Notes under the pieces: model-generated | Database searches by the model: none | What the model saw: the letters and a program-made list of their open reading frames with translations, nothing else | Told to the model about the DNA's origin: nothing | Translations under genes and position numbers: made by a program | In this document: piece after piece, positions 8,547-17,026 of the stretch | How the letters are laid out: each line of letters starts with the position of its first letter | Position numbering within the stretch: position 1 is the first letter of the stretch | NCBI GenBank assembly: GCA_963675285.2 | Contig: CAXXGS010000001.1 | Span: forward strand, 3,271,089 to 3,311,088 | From: an uncultured Rhodobium sp. | Lineage (GTDB): Bacteria; Pseudomonadota; Alphaproteobacteria; Rhizobiales; Rhodobiaceae | Length of the DNA: 40,000 nucleotides | Reading direction: 5' to 3'

Positions 8547-10222
8547 GCCTTCACCGTCTCCTTGGCGGTTGTCTTGTGCGGTACCGGTGGGCCGGCGAAA
8601 GCTGTCCTGAAGGGGCCGATGGCGATCATGTCGACTTCGACGAGTGCCGGGCCGTCGTGGGCGATGGCCGAGGTGATCGCGTCGGGGAAGGCATCGAGGG
8701 CCGAAACCCTTTCGTGCCTGAGGCCCATCGAGGCGGCAAGCGCACCGAAATCCGGCGCCAGCGGGTCGGAATAATAGTGCCGGCCGCCATAGGCCGCGTC
8801 CTGGATGTTGCGGATGACGCCGTAGGCCTGGTCGTTCATGAGAAGGAAGACGACGTCGGCCTTCTCCTGGGCGGCGGTCATCAACTCGCCGAGCGAAAGC
8901 TGGAAACCGCCGTCGCCGACGAGCGCCACGGTCTTGCGGCCCTCGCGGGAAGCGGCGATCGCGGCGCCGATGCCCATCGGGGCGCCCTGGCCGATGCCGC
9001 CGCCGAGCGCATGGACGCCATCGCGGGGGGCGAAGATCTTCAGAAGCCGGTTGCCCCAGGTGCTGTTGGAGATGGTGACATCGCGCACCCAGACAGCGTC
9101 GCGCGGCATTGCCGCCTGGAGCTGGTCGAGGAGCCGGTCGTAGGGGCCGAGGGCATCGCGCAGACCCCGGATTCCGGCCTTGCGCGCCGCGGCAAGATCG
9201 CCGGCAAAGGCCGGATCGATCGCCATCCGGCCGTCCAGCCGATCGGCGAGGCCGGACAACACCGCCGCCGCGTCGCCGTGGACGAAGCCGTCGCCGGCGT
9301 AGGCACGGCCGTCGGCGCGCGGGTCGATGTCGGAGAGCCAGAGCGGGCGCGGCAGGGCCATCTTGTAGTTGCGGGTCTCGTTGCCCCTGAGGCGCGAGCC
9401 GACGACCAGAAGGAAATCGCAGGTCGGATAGAAGGTCTCCACCGCCGGCACCATATTGACAGCACCGAGTGTCATCGGATGGTCCTCCGGCACGACGCCG
9501 CGGCCGTTGGTGCTGGTGACGATGCCTACTCCCATGTCTGCCAGCCGACGGGCGGCGGCGGCCGCGCCGCGCGTGCCGCCACCGAGCCAGACGAGTGGCC
9601 GCCTGGCGTCCTTCAGGGAGGCGGCCAGGGCGTCGAGGGCGGCCGGCGACGGGCACGCAAGGACCGGCTCGACGGGCGAGAGGTCGGCCGGGATCATCAC
9701 CGACGCCTTCTGCACGTCGATCGGGATCTCGATCGTCACCGGTCCCATCGGCGGGGTGAGGGCGACGCGCACGGCTTCGCGCAGGGTGCCGAGCGCGGTC
9801 TCGGGCGAGCGGATGCGGAAGGCGGCCTTGGAGACGGCCTCGATGAGGCCAGGCTGATCCGGCGCCTCGTGGATGTAGCCCCGGCCGTGATCGAGATAGG
9901 GCGTGTCGATCTGGCCGGTGAGGTGGAGCACCGGGCTTCCCGCCGTCAGCGCCTCGACCATGGCGCCGGCGGCATTGCCGCAGGCGGTGCCGGTGGAGGT
10001 GAAGGCGACGCTGAGCCCGCCCGTCACGCGGGCGGCGGCGTCGGCCATGTTGACGGCGCCCGCCTCGCCGCGCGCTGAGACGTAACGGATGCGGCCGCGC
10101 CGGCCGATGCCGTCGAGCATCGGCATGTTGTGGATGGATATGACGCCGAAGACGTCCTTCACGCCACAGGCCTGGAGGAATTCGGCGACGAGATCGCCGA
10201 CGGTGGTTTCGATCTTAGGCAT
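8543..10222 (-). CDS. Thiamine-pyrophosphate-dependent enzyme (acetolactate synthase large-subunit-like fold), specific function unknown
   Basis: 559 aa, taken from the internal ATG at 10222 (MPKIETTVGDLVAEFLQACGVKDVFGVISIHNMP...). The TPP motif is GDGGFQLSLGELMTAAQEKADVVFLLMNDQAYG. The upstream 75 codons of the track ORF are Arg/Ser-rich read-through into the neighbouring gene. Confidence 0.85.
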   Translation of the reverse strand: MPKIETTVGDLVAEFLQACGVKDVFGVISIHNMPMLDGIGRRGRIRYVSARGEAGAVNMADAAARVTGGLSVAFTSTGTACGNAAGAMVEALTAGSPVLHLTGQIDTPYLDHGRGYIHEAPDQPGLIEAVSKAAFRIRSPETALGTLREAVRVALTPPMGPVTIEIPIDVQKASVMIPADLSPVEPVLACPSPAALDALAASLKDARRPLVWLGGGTRGAAAAARRLADMGVGIVTSTNGRGVVPEDHPMTLGAVNMVPAVETFYPTCDFLLVVGSRLRGNETRNYKMALPRPLWLSDIDPRADGRAYAGDGFVHGDAAAVLSGLADRLDGRMAIDPAFAGDLAAARKAGIRGLRDALGPYDRLLDQLQAAMPRDAVWVRDVTISNSTWGNRLLKIFAPRDGVHALGGGIGQGAPMGIGAAIAASREGRKTVALVGDGGFQLSLGELMTAAQEKADVVFLLMNDQAYGVIRNIQDAAYGGRHYYSDPLAPDFGALAASMGLRHERVSALDAFPDAITSAIAHDGPALVEVDMIAIGPFRTAFAGPPVPHKTTAKETVKA

Positions 10223-10997
10223 AGCGCGAGACGCCTCCCGATACTTCGACCATCGCGCCGGTGACGTAGGACGCCGCCGGGGAGGCGAGAAAGACTGCGG
10301 TACGAGCCGGTTCCTGTGGCTCTCCAAAACGGCCGAGCGGTACCTTGCGCGCCCGAGCCTCGTTGACAATCCAGTCGTCGAATGTCTGGTCCGGCGAAGC
10401 GTTCGCCTCGAAACGGCGGCGCCACTGGCCGGAGACGATGACGCCAAGGAGAATGGAGTTGACGCGAACGTCAGGTGCCAATTCCCGGCTCAGCGACTTG
10501 ACGAGGTTCTGGACGCCGGCGCGGGCCGCCGAGGTGCAGACCATGTGCGGCTCGGGCTGCCGGGCGAGGAGCGAATTGACGACGACAATGCTTGCGGCGG
10601 GCGACGCCTTCAGATCGTCGAGGAAGGCGCGCGTCGGGTGGATGACGCTGAAGAACTTCAGCGTCAGTTCCTCGCTCCAGTCGTCATCGCTTGTATCGGC
10701 GAAGGTGGAGACGCGGCCCTGGCCGGCGTTGTTGATCAGCATGTCGACCGAGCCGAAGCGCTCGACGATTGTATCGCGGAAGGCGGCGACGGCCGTCTTG
10801 TCGAGGACGTCGCAGGGAACGGCGAGGAGGTTTTCTCCGCCGTCGAGGTCGGCGACGGCCGCCTTGAGCCTGTCCTGATTACGGCCGCAGATGGCGACGC
10901 GCGCACCCTCGGCGAGAAAGATTCGCGCCGTCTCCAGCCCGATGCCCGATGTCCCGCCGGTGACGACCGCGACGCGGCCCTTGAGATCGAGATCCAT
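10215..10997 (-). CDS. SDR-family oxidoreductase with a non-canonical active-site segment
   Basis: 260 aa. It has the cofactor motif VTGGTSGIG and an NNAG motif. Where classical SDRs carry YxxxK, the sequence reads HMVCTSAARAGV (Thr155/Arg159 by my alignment). It overlaps the downstream gene by 8 nt. Confidence 0.8.
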   Translation of the reverse strand: MDLDLKGRVAVVTGGTSGIGLETARIFLAEGARVAICGRNQDRLKAAVADLDGGENLLAVPCDVLDKTAVAAFRDTIVERFGSVDMLINNAGQGRVSTFADTSDDDWSEELTLKFFSVIHPTRAFLDDLKASPAASIVVVNSLLARQPEPHMVCTSAARAGVQNLVKSLSRELAPDVRVNSILLGVIVSGQWRRRFEANASPDQTFDDWIVNEARARKVPLGRFGEPQEPARTAVFLASPAASYVTGAMVEVSGGVSRYA

Positions 10998-10999
10998 GG

Positions 11000-11899
11000 T
11001 CAGGCTCCCCCGCTTTCACCGGCGCCGTGCGTTCCGGCGTTATGCCGCTCGATCGCCGGGCGATAGCCGAGCCAGACGGCGATGGCGTCGGCGGCGGCGA
11101 GCACGCGGTCCTTCAGCGCGCCGTCGAGTTCGCTCATGTCGATGTAGCCCTCCGGGCTCGATATGCTGACGGCGGCGGCGATGCGGCCAGCGGCATCGCG
11201 CACGGGCGCAGCAATGGAGGCGACGCCGTGTTCGAAGGCGGAGCGGCTGACCACATAGCCGCGATTGCGGTCCGCCTCCACGGTGCGCAGGAGTTCCTCG
11301 ATGGTGCCGGGCGTCTTTTCGGTGAAGCGCTCCATCGTGATGCCGCTGTAAAGGTTGATGATGGCGGTATCGCTGAGATCGCCGAGGAGGAGCCGGCCCA
11401 TGGCGGTGGCGTGGGCCTGGAAACGGGTGCCGACGCTGACGTTGCTGGTGACCTGTGCCTGTGAGGCGACGCGGGCGACATAGACGATCTCGCGGCCTTC
11501 GCGGATCGTCAGATGAGCCGAGGCGCCGGTGTCGTCGCGCAGCGCCGTCAGATAGGGGCGGGCGACCTCCACCAGATCCATCGATCCGAGATATTCGAAG
11601 CCGAGAGTGAGGATGCGCGAGCCGAGGCAATAGGTCTTGCCGTTCTGCGAGCGCTTCAGGTAGCCGAGCCGTTCCAGCGTGAAGACGAGGCGGAAGACGG
11701 TCGAGCGCGGCAGGGCGAGGCGGCGGGTCAGTTCCGCCAGCGTCAACTCGGTGTTGTCACGGGCGAAGCATTCCAGGAGGCGCATGCCCCGCTCCAGTCC
11801 GGGAACCATGTAGCGGTCGTCATCAGGAGAGGATGCGGTGGGGCTCTCGCCGGACGGTGCGGTCGTCGTGTCGGGCGCGTCTGTCATCGTGTCGCTCAT
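11000..11899 (-). CDS. IclR family transcriptional regulator
   Basis: 299 aa, taken from the ATG at 11899 (MSDTMTDAPD...). The HTH is GLERGMRLLECFARDNTELTLAELTRRLALPRSTVFRLVFTLERLGYL, followed by an IclR effector domain (...GVASIAAPVRDAAGRIAAAVSISSP). The ATG overlaps the upstream stop (ATGA at 11896-11899). The gene ends 2 nt before the next start. Confidence 0.9.
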   Translation of the reverse strand: MSDTMTDAPDTTTAPSGESPTASSPDDDRYMVPGLERGMRLLECFARDNTELTLAELTRRLALPRSTVFRLVFTLERLGYLKRSQNGKTYCLGSRILTLGFEYLGSMDLVEVARPYLTALRDDTGASAHLTIREGREIVYVARVASQAQVTSNVSVGTRFQAHATAMGRLLLGDLSDTAIINLYSGITMERFTEKTPGTIEELLRTVEADRNRGYVVSRSAFEHGVASIAAPVRDAAGRIAAAVSISSPEGYIDMSELDGALKDRVLAAADAIAVWLGYRPAIERHNAGTHGAGESGGA

Positions 11900-12804
11900 C
11901 GTGTCTCTCCGGGGGTGTTCCCCGGTGCTCCTTGGGGAATGGCGGCGGAGAGGAAGGCGCGGACAGCCTCGTTGTAGCGCGCGGGCGCTTCGGCGTAGCT
12001 CGGGTGGCCAACCGGGCCGAGGTCGACATAGCACGCGCCGGGAAGTGCCCCCGCCACCATGCGGCAGCGTGCCTCGGGCGTGATCGGGTCGGCCGTTCCT
12101 GCCATGACCTGAACCGGCAGCGCGCGCGCCGCGCAGGCCGCTTCCATGTCGGCGAAGAGGTCGCCGCGCGCCAGGAGCCAGTTGGCCGCGCGGTAGCCGT
12201 CGGCGCGGATCTCTCCCATCATCCGGCGGGTGCGGGCGATGACGTCGGGGCCGGCGCCGGGGCCGCAGGTGCGCGCGGCGCGTTTGTCGGCGAGGCCCGC
12301 CGGGCCGAGTTCGTCGAGATCGCGGAGGCGGGCGGCGGCGCTTTCCGGCATCGGTCCGTCCGAATCGGCGGCAAAGCCGACGGCAGGGTGGGAAAGGATC
12401 AGCCGGCCGGTGCGATCCGGATGCCGGCGGGCGAAGGCCGCGGCAACGAGCGCGCCGAAGGAATGGGCGAGGATATCGGCCCTTTCGATGCCGAGCGCAT
12501 CGAGCGCGGCAGCGAGATGATCGGCGTAATCGGCGGGCGCTGGCCGCTCGATCGCCAGCGGATCGGAGCCGCCATAGCCCGGCGCGTCCCAGGCGATCAG
12601 CCGGAAGCGGTCGGCAAGGTTGGCGAGCTGATTCTCGAAGGAGCCGCTGTTGGAGCCGATGCCATGGAGGAGGATGAGCGCGGGGCCGGAACCCGTCTCG
12701 CGATAGGTGAGGGACCTTCCGTTAACGGAAATCATCTGGCGAGGGAAAAGCTCGGCCGTGGCCTGTCCGCTCGGGGATGTCATTGTCGGTATCGGCGTCG
12801 TCAT
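11896..12804 (-). CDS. Alpha/beta-fold hydrolase (meta-cleavage-product hydrolase-like)
   Basis: 302 aa. It has LILLHGIGSNSGSF (oxyanion region) and the nucleophile elbow AHSFGA. A strong RBS AGGAGG overlaps the upstream stop. Confidence 0.85.
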   Translation of the reverse strand: MTTPIPTMTSPSGQATAELFPRQMISVNGRSLTYRETGSGPALILLHGIGSNSGSFENQLANLADRFRLIAWDAPGYGGSDPLAIERPAPADYADHLAAALDALGIERADILAHSFGALVAAAFARRHPDRTGRLILSHPAVGFAADSDGPMPESAAARLRDLDELGPAGLADKRAARTCGPGAGPDVIARTRRMMGEIRADGYRAANWLLARGDLFADMEAACAARALPVQVMAGTADPITPEARCRMVAGALPGACYVDLGPVGHPSYAEAPARYNEAVRAFLSAAIPQGAPGNTPGETR

Positions 12805-12814
12805 CGCCCCCTCC

Positions 12815-13567
12815 TCATGCGAACACGAAGCCGCCGTTGACCGGCAGCAGTTGGCCGGTCACGAAGCCTGCGCCGGGGCCGAGGAGATAGACGACGGCGC
12901 CAACGACGTCCTGCGGGAACTGAGGACGGGGAATGGCGCGGCCGGTCTCGTAGAGGTCGTGGCGGGCCTTGGGCACGTATTCCGTTGCCTCGACGCGGAC
13001 GAGGCCAGGGGCGACGGCGTTGACGGTAACGCCGTCGGGGCCGAGTTCGCGGGCGAGTGAGCGGGTCATGGAAATGACCGCGCCCTTGCTTGCGACATAG
13101 GAGAGAAGGTTGGGCGCTCCCCACAGCGCGGTGTCGCTCGCCAGATTGACGATGCGGCCGCCGTCCGACGCCCGCAGAAGCGGTGCCAGTGCTTTCACCA
13201 TGAGCCAGGTTCCGCGCACGTTAACCTGCATCACGCGGTCCCAGGTCTCGATGTCGGTCTCCTCGAAGCTCTTGCCGCCGATGCCGGTGGCGATGGCGCC
13301 ATTGTTGACAAGCCCGTCGACGCGGCCGTAGCGCGCCGCGACGCGCTCGCCGAGGGCCTCGATGGAGGCGGGATCGGCGAGGTCGAGGGGCTCGAAGACC
13401 GCGTCGTGGCCGGCGGCGGCGAGGGCGTTGGCTGTCGCGCGGCCCCAGTCCTCCACCAGTTCGGCGACGACCACCCGGGCGCCGGCCTCGCAGCAGCCTT
13501 GCGCGAAGCCGCGGCCGAGCCCGCGGCCGGCTCCGGTGACGACGATGACGCGATCCTCAAGCGACAC
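12815..13567 (-). CDS. Classical SDR-family oxidoreductase
   Basis: 250 aa. Motifs: VTGAGRGLG, NNGA, and LASDTA...YVASKGAV (canonical Ser/YxxxK). Confidence 0.9.
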   Translation of the reverse strand: MSLEDRVIVVTGAGRGLGRGFAQGCCEAGARVVVAELVEDWGRATANALAAAGHDAVFEPLDLADPASIEALGERVAARYGRVDGLVNNGAIATGIGGKSFEETDIETWDRVMQVNVRGTWLMVKALAPLLRASDGGRIVNLASDTALWGAPNLLSYVASKGAVISMTRSLARELGPDGVTVNAVAPGLVRVEATEYVPKARHDLYETGRAIPRPQFPQDVVGAVVYLLGPGAGFVTGQLLPVNGGFVFA

Positions 13568-13576
13568 GGGTCTTCC

Positions 13577-14173
13577 TCAGCTCGCCTTGCGGGCCGCTTC
13601 GGCGGCGATCTCGCGGCGGCGCTTGCGCAGTTCCATCAGCGGATGGCCTTCCGGGTAGTCCGGCACGACGGGTTTCGAGGCGCCGATGAGAACGCACATC
13701 AGCGCCTCTTCCTGGCCCTCGTTCCTGAGGCCGCGATAGACGCCGGGCGGCACGGAGATGATGTCGCGCGAGGACAGCACCGTCTCGCCCTTCTCGCCGT
13801 CGAGTTCGAACATCAGGCGCAGCTTTTCCGCCTTGAGCACGAAGAACACCTCCTCGGCATCGTAGTGGATGTGGAGGGGGCCCTCGCAGCCGGCCGGCAG
13901 GATCATGGTGGAGAAGGTGAAATGCTCGGCCGGCACGGTGTTGCCGTCGTCGGCGACGCCGGTGGCGCCGGTGCCGATGTAGCGGCATTGCGCACGGCGG
14001 TACTTCGGGTCGAGGTCGGCCTGGAACTTCAGCGCGTTCCAGTCGTACTTGCGGGTGTCGAAACGGGCGATGCGGGTTTCCATCCAGTCCATGAGGGACG
14101 TGTCGGCAGGCTTTTCCCACGTTTCGAAATAGTCGGCGGCGTGTTCCGCGATCTTTTCCCTGAGGCCGGTCAT
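13577..14173 (-). CDS. Cupin-domain protein
   Basis: 198 aa. Cupin motif 1 is GPLHIHYDAEEVFFVL (HxH...E). Motif 2 is VPPGVYRGLRNEG, with Arg at the usual His position. This suggests a 2-His-1-Glu metal site. Confidence 0.75.
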   Translation of the reverse strand: MTGLREKIAEHAADYFETWEKPADTSLMDWMETRIARFDTRKYDWNALKFQADLDPKYRRAQCRYIGTGATGVADDGNTVPAEHFTFSTMILPAGCEGPLHIHYDAEEVFFVLKAEKLRLMFELDGEKGETVLSSRDIISVPPGVYRGLRNEGQEEALMCVLIGASKPVVPDYPEGHPLMELRKRRREIAAEAARKAS

Positions 14174-14202
14174 GGCGTCTCTCCTTTGTCGGTGCGGGGT
14201 CT

Positions 14203-14997
14203 TCAGGTGCCGGCGTGCGAGCGGGCCGGAAGGTAGTGCAGCACCCGGCGCTCGATGAGCACGATGATGCCGTAGAGGACGATGCCGATCAGCGTCAGCA
14301 TGATGATGGTGACGAAGACCATGGCGGTGTTGCCGGCGCCTTCGCCGAAGGACAGCAGGTAACCGAGGCCGATGTTGCCGCCGACGAGTTCGCCGACGAC
14401 GACGCCGATGACGGCGAGCGTCGCGGCGATCCGGAGGCCGGCGAAGAACGGCGGCATGGCGGCGGGGAACTCGATCTTCCAGAAGACCTGGAAGCGGTTG
14501 GCGGTGAAGGAACGTGCGAGCCGGGTGATGTCCTGGTCAACGGCGCGGACGGCGCCGAGAACGTTGATCATGACCGGAAAGAACACGATCAGCACGGCAA
14601 CAAGGATCTTGGGGTAGACGGTGTAACCGAACCAGATGATGAAGAGCGGCGCGAAGGCGACCTTCGGAGCGATCTGCAGCGCCAGGATATAGGGCGACAA
14701 CAGGAATTCCGCCGTCGGCGACATGCCGAGAACGAAGCCGACGACCATGCCGAGGAGGACGCCGAGGATGAGGCCGGCGACGACCTGCAGGGCGGTGATG
14801 GCGGTGTGGTAGAGGAGATGCTCGCGGGCGAGCATGTAGAGGAACTCGCTCCACACCTGGGTCGCCGGCGGGATGATGAAAGGCGGGATGCCGAAGAGCG
14901 CGGGCCCCCATTGCCAGCAGGCGAGGAAGGCGGCGAGCAGCAGCACGCTGGCGGCGATCAGGCGCTGGGTGTTCATGGGAAGTGCGAGGCTGTCCAT
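14203..14997 (-). CDS. ABC transporter permease (NitT/TauT family)
   Basis: 264 aa and multi-pass hydrophobic. The EAA-like loop is ...LARSFTANRFQVFWKIEFPAAMPPFFAGLRIA... Confidence 0.9.
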   Translation of the reverse strand: MDSLALPMNTQRLIAASVLLLAAFLACWQWGPALFGIPPFIIPPATQVWSEFLYMLAREHLLYHTAITALQVVAGLILGVLLGMVVGFVLGMSPTAEFLLSPYILALQIAPKVAFAPLFIIWFGYTVYPKILVAVLIVFFPVMINVLGAVRAVDQDITRLARSFTANRFQVFWKIEFPAAMPPFFAGLRIAATLAVIGVVVGELVGGNIGLGYLLSFGEGAGNTAMVFVTIIMLTLIGIVLYGIIVLIERRVLHYLPARSHAGT

Positions 14998-15057
14998 CCG
15001 GCTTCTCCTTGATCGATCCGGGTTTCTGACCGGTCCGCTTCCTTGAGTGGTCTAGTC

Positions 15058-15082
15058 GGCGGCGGGGTCGGTTCCCGCCGCC
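15058..15082 (-). other. Intercistronic GC-rich stem-loop between the binding-protein and permease genes
   Basis: GGCGGCGGG-gtcggtt-CCCGCCGCC is a perfect 9-bp stem with no U-tract on either strand. It sits within the 108-nt SBP-permease spacer. Confidence 0.5.
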
Positions 15083-15105
15083 CGGATCGTTGTTCCCGAT
15101 CGGGC

Positions 15106-16092
15106 CTATTCGACGAAGGCGTTGGTGTAGAGGTCGTCGATCGGTGTCTTCCGCCGGATGATGCCCTGGTCGTAGTAGAAGTCCTGCAGAGCTTGAAGCC
15201 GTTCGCGGTCCATGGCGCCGAGGGTTTCCTGGCCGCTATAGACGGCCTCGGTGAACATCTTGAAGATCGCCGCCATGTCCTTTTCCTTGCCGGCGTGCTG
15301 GGGTACGGCCTTTACGTAGTCGGCGGCGGCGGCGTCCGGATCGTCCATGATCGCCTTGAGGCCTTTCAGCGTGGCGCGGACGATCTTCCTAACGAGCTCG
15401 GGGTTATTCTCGATGGTGTCGTCGGCGACGATGATCGCCTGCGCCATGCTCTTGAAATAGTCGTCGGTTCTCAGGACCTTGATGCCCTTCATGCCGGACT
15501 GCTGGGCCAGATAGGTCCAGTCGGGAACGGACGCCATGGCGTCGGCCTCACCGGCGACGAAGAGCTTCCAGACGTTGACCGGGCCGACGGCCTGGGCATT
15601 GACGTCGTCCTTGGTCAGCCCGACGGAGGCAAGGACGCCGAGGAGCGCGTAGAAGGTCGTGTCCTGATAGGCCAGCGCGGTGATGGTCTTGCCCTTCAGG
15701 TCGGCGGGGGTCTCGATGCCCTTTTCGGTGTTGACGACGAGCTGCATCAGCGAATGGCCGCCGAGGACGGCGACGGCCTTCACGGGGATGCCGTTGGTGC
15801 GCACCAGGATCGGCGTATCGCCGATGGCGCCGCCGACGACGGCATTGCCGGCGCCGACCTGCTTGGCGACGTCGACGCCGCCCTTGGCGACCTGGAAGGT
15901 GACGTTGAGACCCTCCTCGGCGTAGTAGCCGCGTGCCTTGGCGAGCATCCACGGCGAGAAGGCGGGCAGGAACGCCGGCGCCGGCAGAAGGTAGGTTACG
16001 TCTTCAGCGGCGCGGGCTTCCGTTGCGGGAAGGCTCGCAAGCGCCGCTCCGGCAGCAACGCCGGCCACGACAAGGCTCTTCAGGAATTTCAT
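15106..16092 (-). CDS. ABC transporter periplasmic substrate-binding protein (NMT1/THI5-like, NitT/TauT family)
   Basis: 328 aa, taken from the ATG at 16092 (MKFLKSLVVAGVAAGAALASLPATEARA, a signal peptide). The remaining 241 codons of track ORF 15106-16815 are Arg/Pro-rich read-through. Confidence 0.9.
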   Translation of the reverse strand: MKFLKSLVVAGVAAGAALASLPATEARAAEDVTYLLPAPAFLPAFSPWMLAKARGYYAEEGLNVTFQVAKGGVDVAKQVGAGNAVVGGAIGDTPILVRTNGIPVKAVAVLGGHSLMQLVVNTEKGIETPADLKGKTITALAYQDTTFYALLGVLASVGLTKDDVNAQAVGPVNVWKLFVAGEADAMASVPDWTYLAQQSGMKGIKVLRTDDYFKSMAQAIIVADDTIENNPELVRKIVRATLKGLKAIMDDPDAAAADYVKAVPQHAGKEKDMAAIFKMFTEAVYSGQETLGAMDRERLQALQDFYYDQGIIRRKTPIDDLYTNAFVE

Positions 16093-16184
16093 CGCAGTTC
16101 CCCTTTTGTCGATGCGACTTTCTCGTTCGGTCTGTGTCCGTCTTCTTGGTTTTCTTTGCGTGATCGGTTGTTGGATCCTGTCCC

Positions 16185-16973
16185 TCAGGCCGCCTCGGTT
16201 TCGCCGATATGGAGCAGGTCCATGAGCTGGCCGACATAGGGGCCGACGCAGGCGTCCTTGCGGCGCTGCATCGGATTGTCCCGGTCGGGGATCTCGATGA
16301 GGATTTCCTCGATGATGCGGCCCGGGCGGTGGCTCATGACAAGGACGCGGTCGGACAGCGCGATCGCCTCGACGAGATCGTGGGTGATGAAGAGCGCGGT
16401 CTTGCCGGTCTCGGCGAGCGTGCGGCCGAGGTTCTGCTGCAGAACCATCTTGGTCTGCGCGTCGAGGGCGGAGAACGGCTCGTCCATGAGCAGGACGGAG
16501 GGGTTCACCGCGAGCGTGCGGGCGAGGGCCGCGCGCTGACGCATGCCACCGGACAGTTCGTGCGGGTAGCTGTCGAAAAAGCCGTCGAGGTGGCAGCGGC
16601 GGAGAAGGTCCTCGGCCTGCTCCTTGTGCGCGGCGTCGTTCTTGCCCTGGATTTCCAGGCCGAGCTCGACGTTCTTGCGGATCGACCGCCAGGGCAGCAG
16701 CAGGTCCTTCTGCAGCATGAAGGCGACGTGGGAGTTCGGCCTGGTGACCAGCTCGCCGTCGACGTGCACCTCGCCGGAGGTGACGGGATCGAGCCCGGCG
16801 CCGAGGTTGAGACAAGTGCTCTTGCCACAGCCGGACGGGCCGATGATGGAGACGATCTCGCCCTCCTTGATGGAGAAGCTGACATCCTCGATCGCGGTTA
16901 CCGGCGTTGCGCCCTTGCGCTTGGTGCCGAACACCTTGCTGACGTTGGTGAATTCCAGAACCGTGTTGGTCAT
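16185..16973 (-). CDS. ABC transporter ATP-binding protein
   Basis: 262 aa, taken from the ATG at 16973 (MTNTVLEFTNVSKVF). Walker A is GPSGCGKST, the signature is LSGGMRQR and Walker B is LLMDEPFSALD. Confidence 0.9.
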   Translation of the reverse strand: MTNTVLEFTNVSKVFGTKRKGATPVTAIEDVSFSIKEGEIVSIIGPSGCGKSTCLNLGAGLDPVTSGEVHVDGELVTRPNSHVAFMLQKDLLLPWRSIRKNVELGLEIQGKNDAAHKEQAEDLLRRCHLDGFFDSYPHELSGGMRQRAALARTLAVNPSVLLMDEPFSALDAQTKMVLQQNLGRTLAETGKTALFITHDLVEAIALSDRVLVMSHRPGRIIEEILIEIPDRDNPMQRRKDACVGPYVGQLMDLLHIGETEAA

Positions 16974-17026
16974 GAGCCGTCCTTCGTCATGCGTCTTTTC
17001 CTCGCGGCCGCCGCCGCCATCGCGTC

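Noticed and set aside
8576-10078. A 500-aa plus-strand ORF opposite the TPP-enzyme gene. Similar shadow ORFs occur at 10089-11066, 11833-12840, 15043-16239, 16209-17180, 18098-19030, 25366-26931, 27646-28803 and 28328-29452.
   Set aside because: The reason is the same. The opposite strand carries a gene with diagnostic motifs, and these frames give low-complexity, Arg-rich products.
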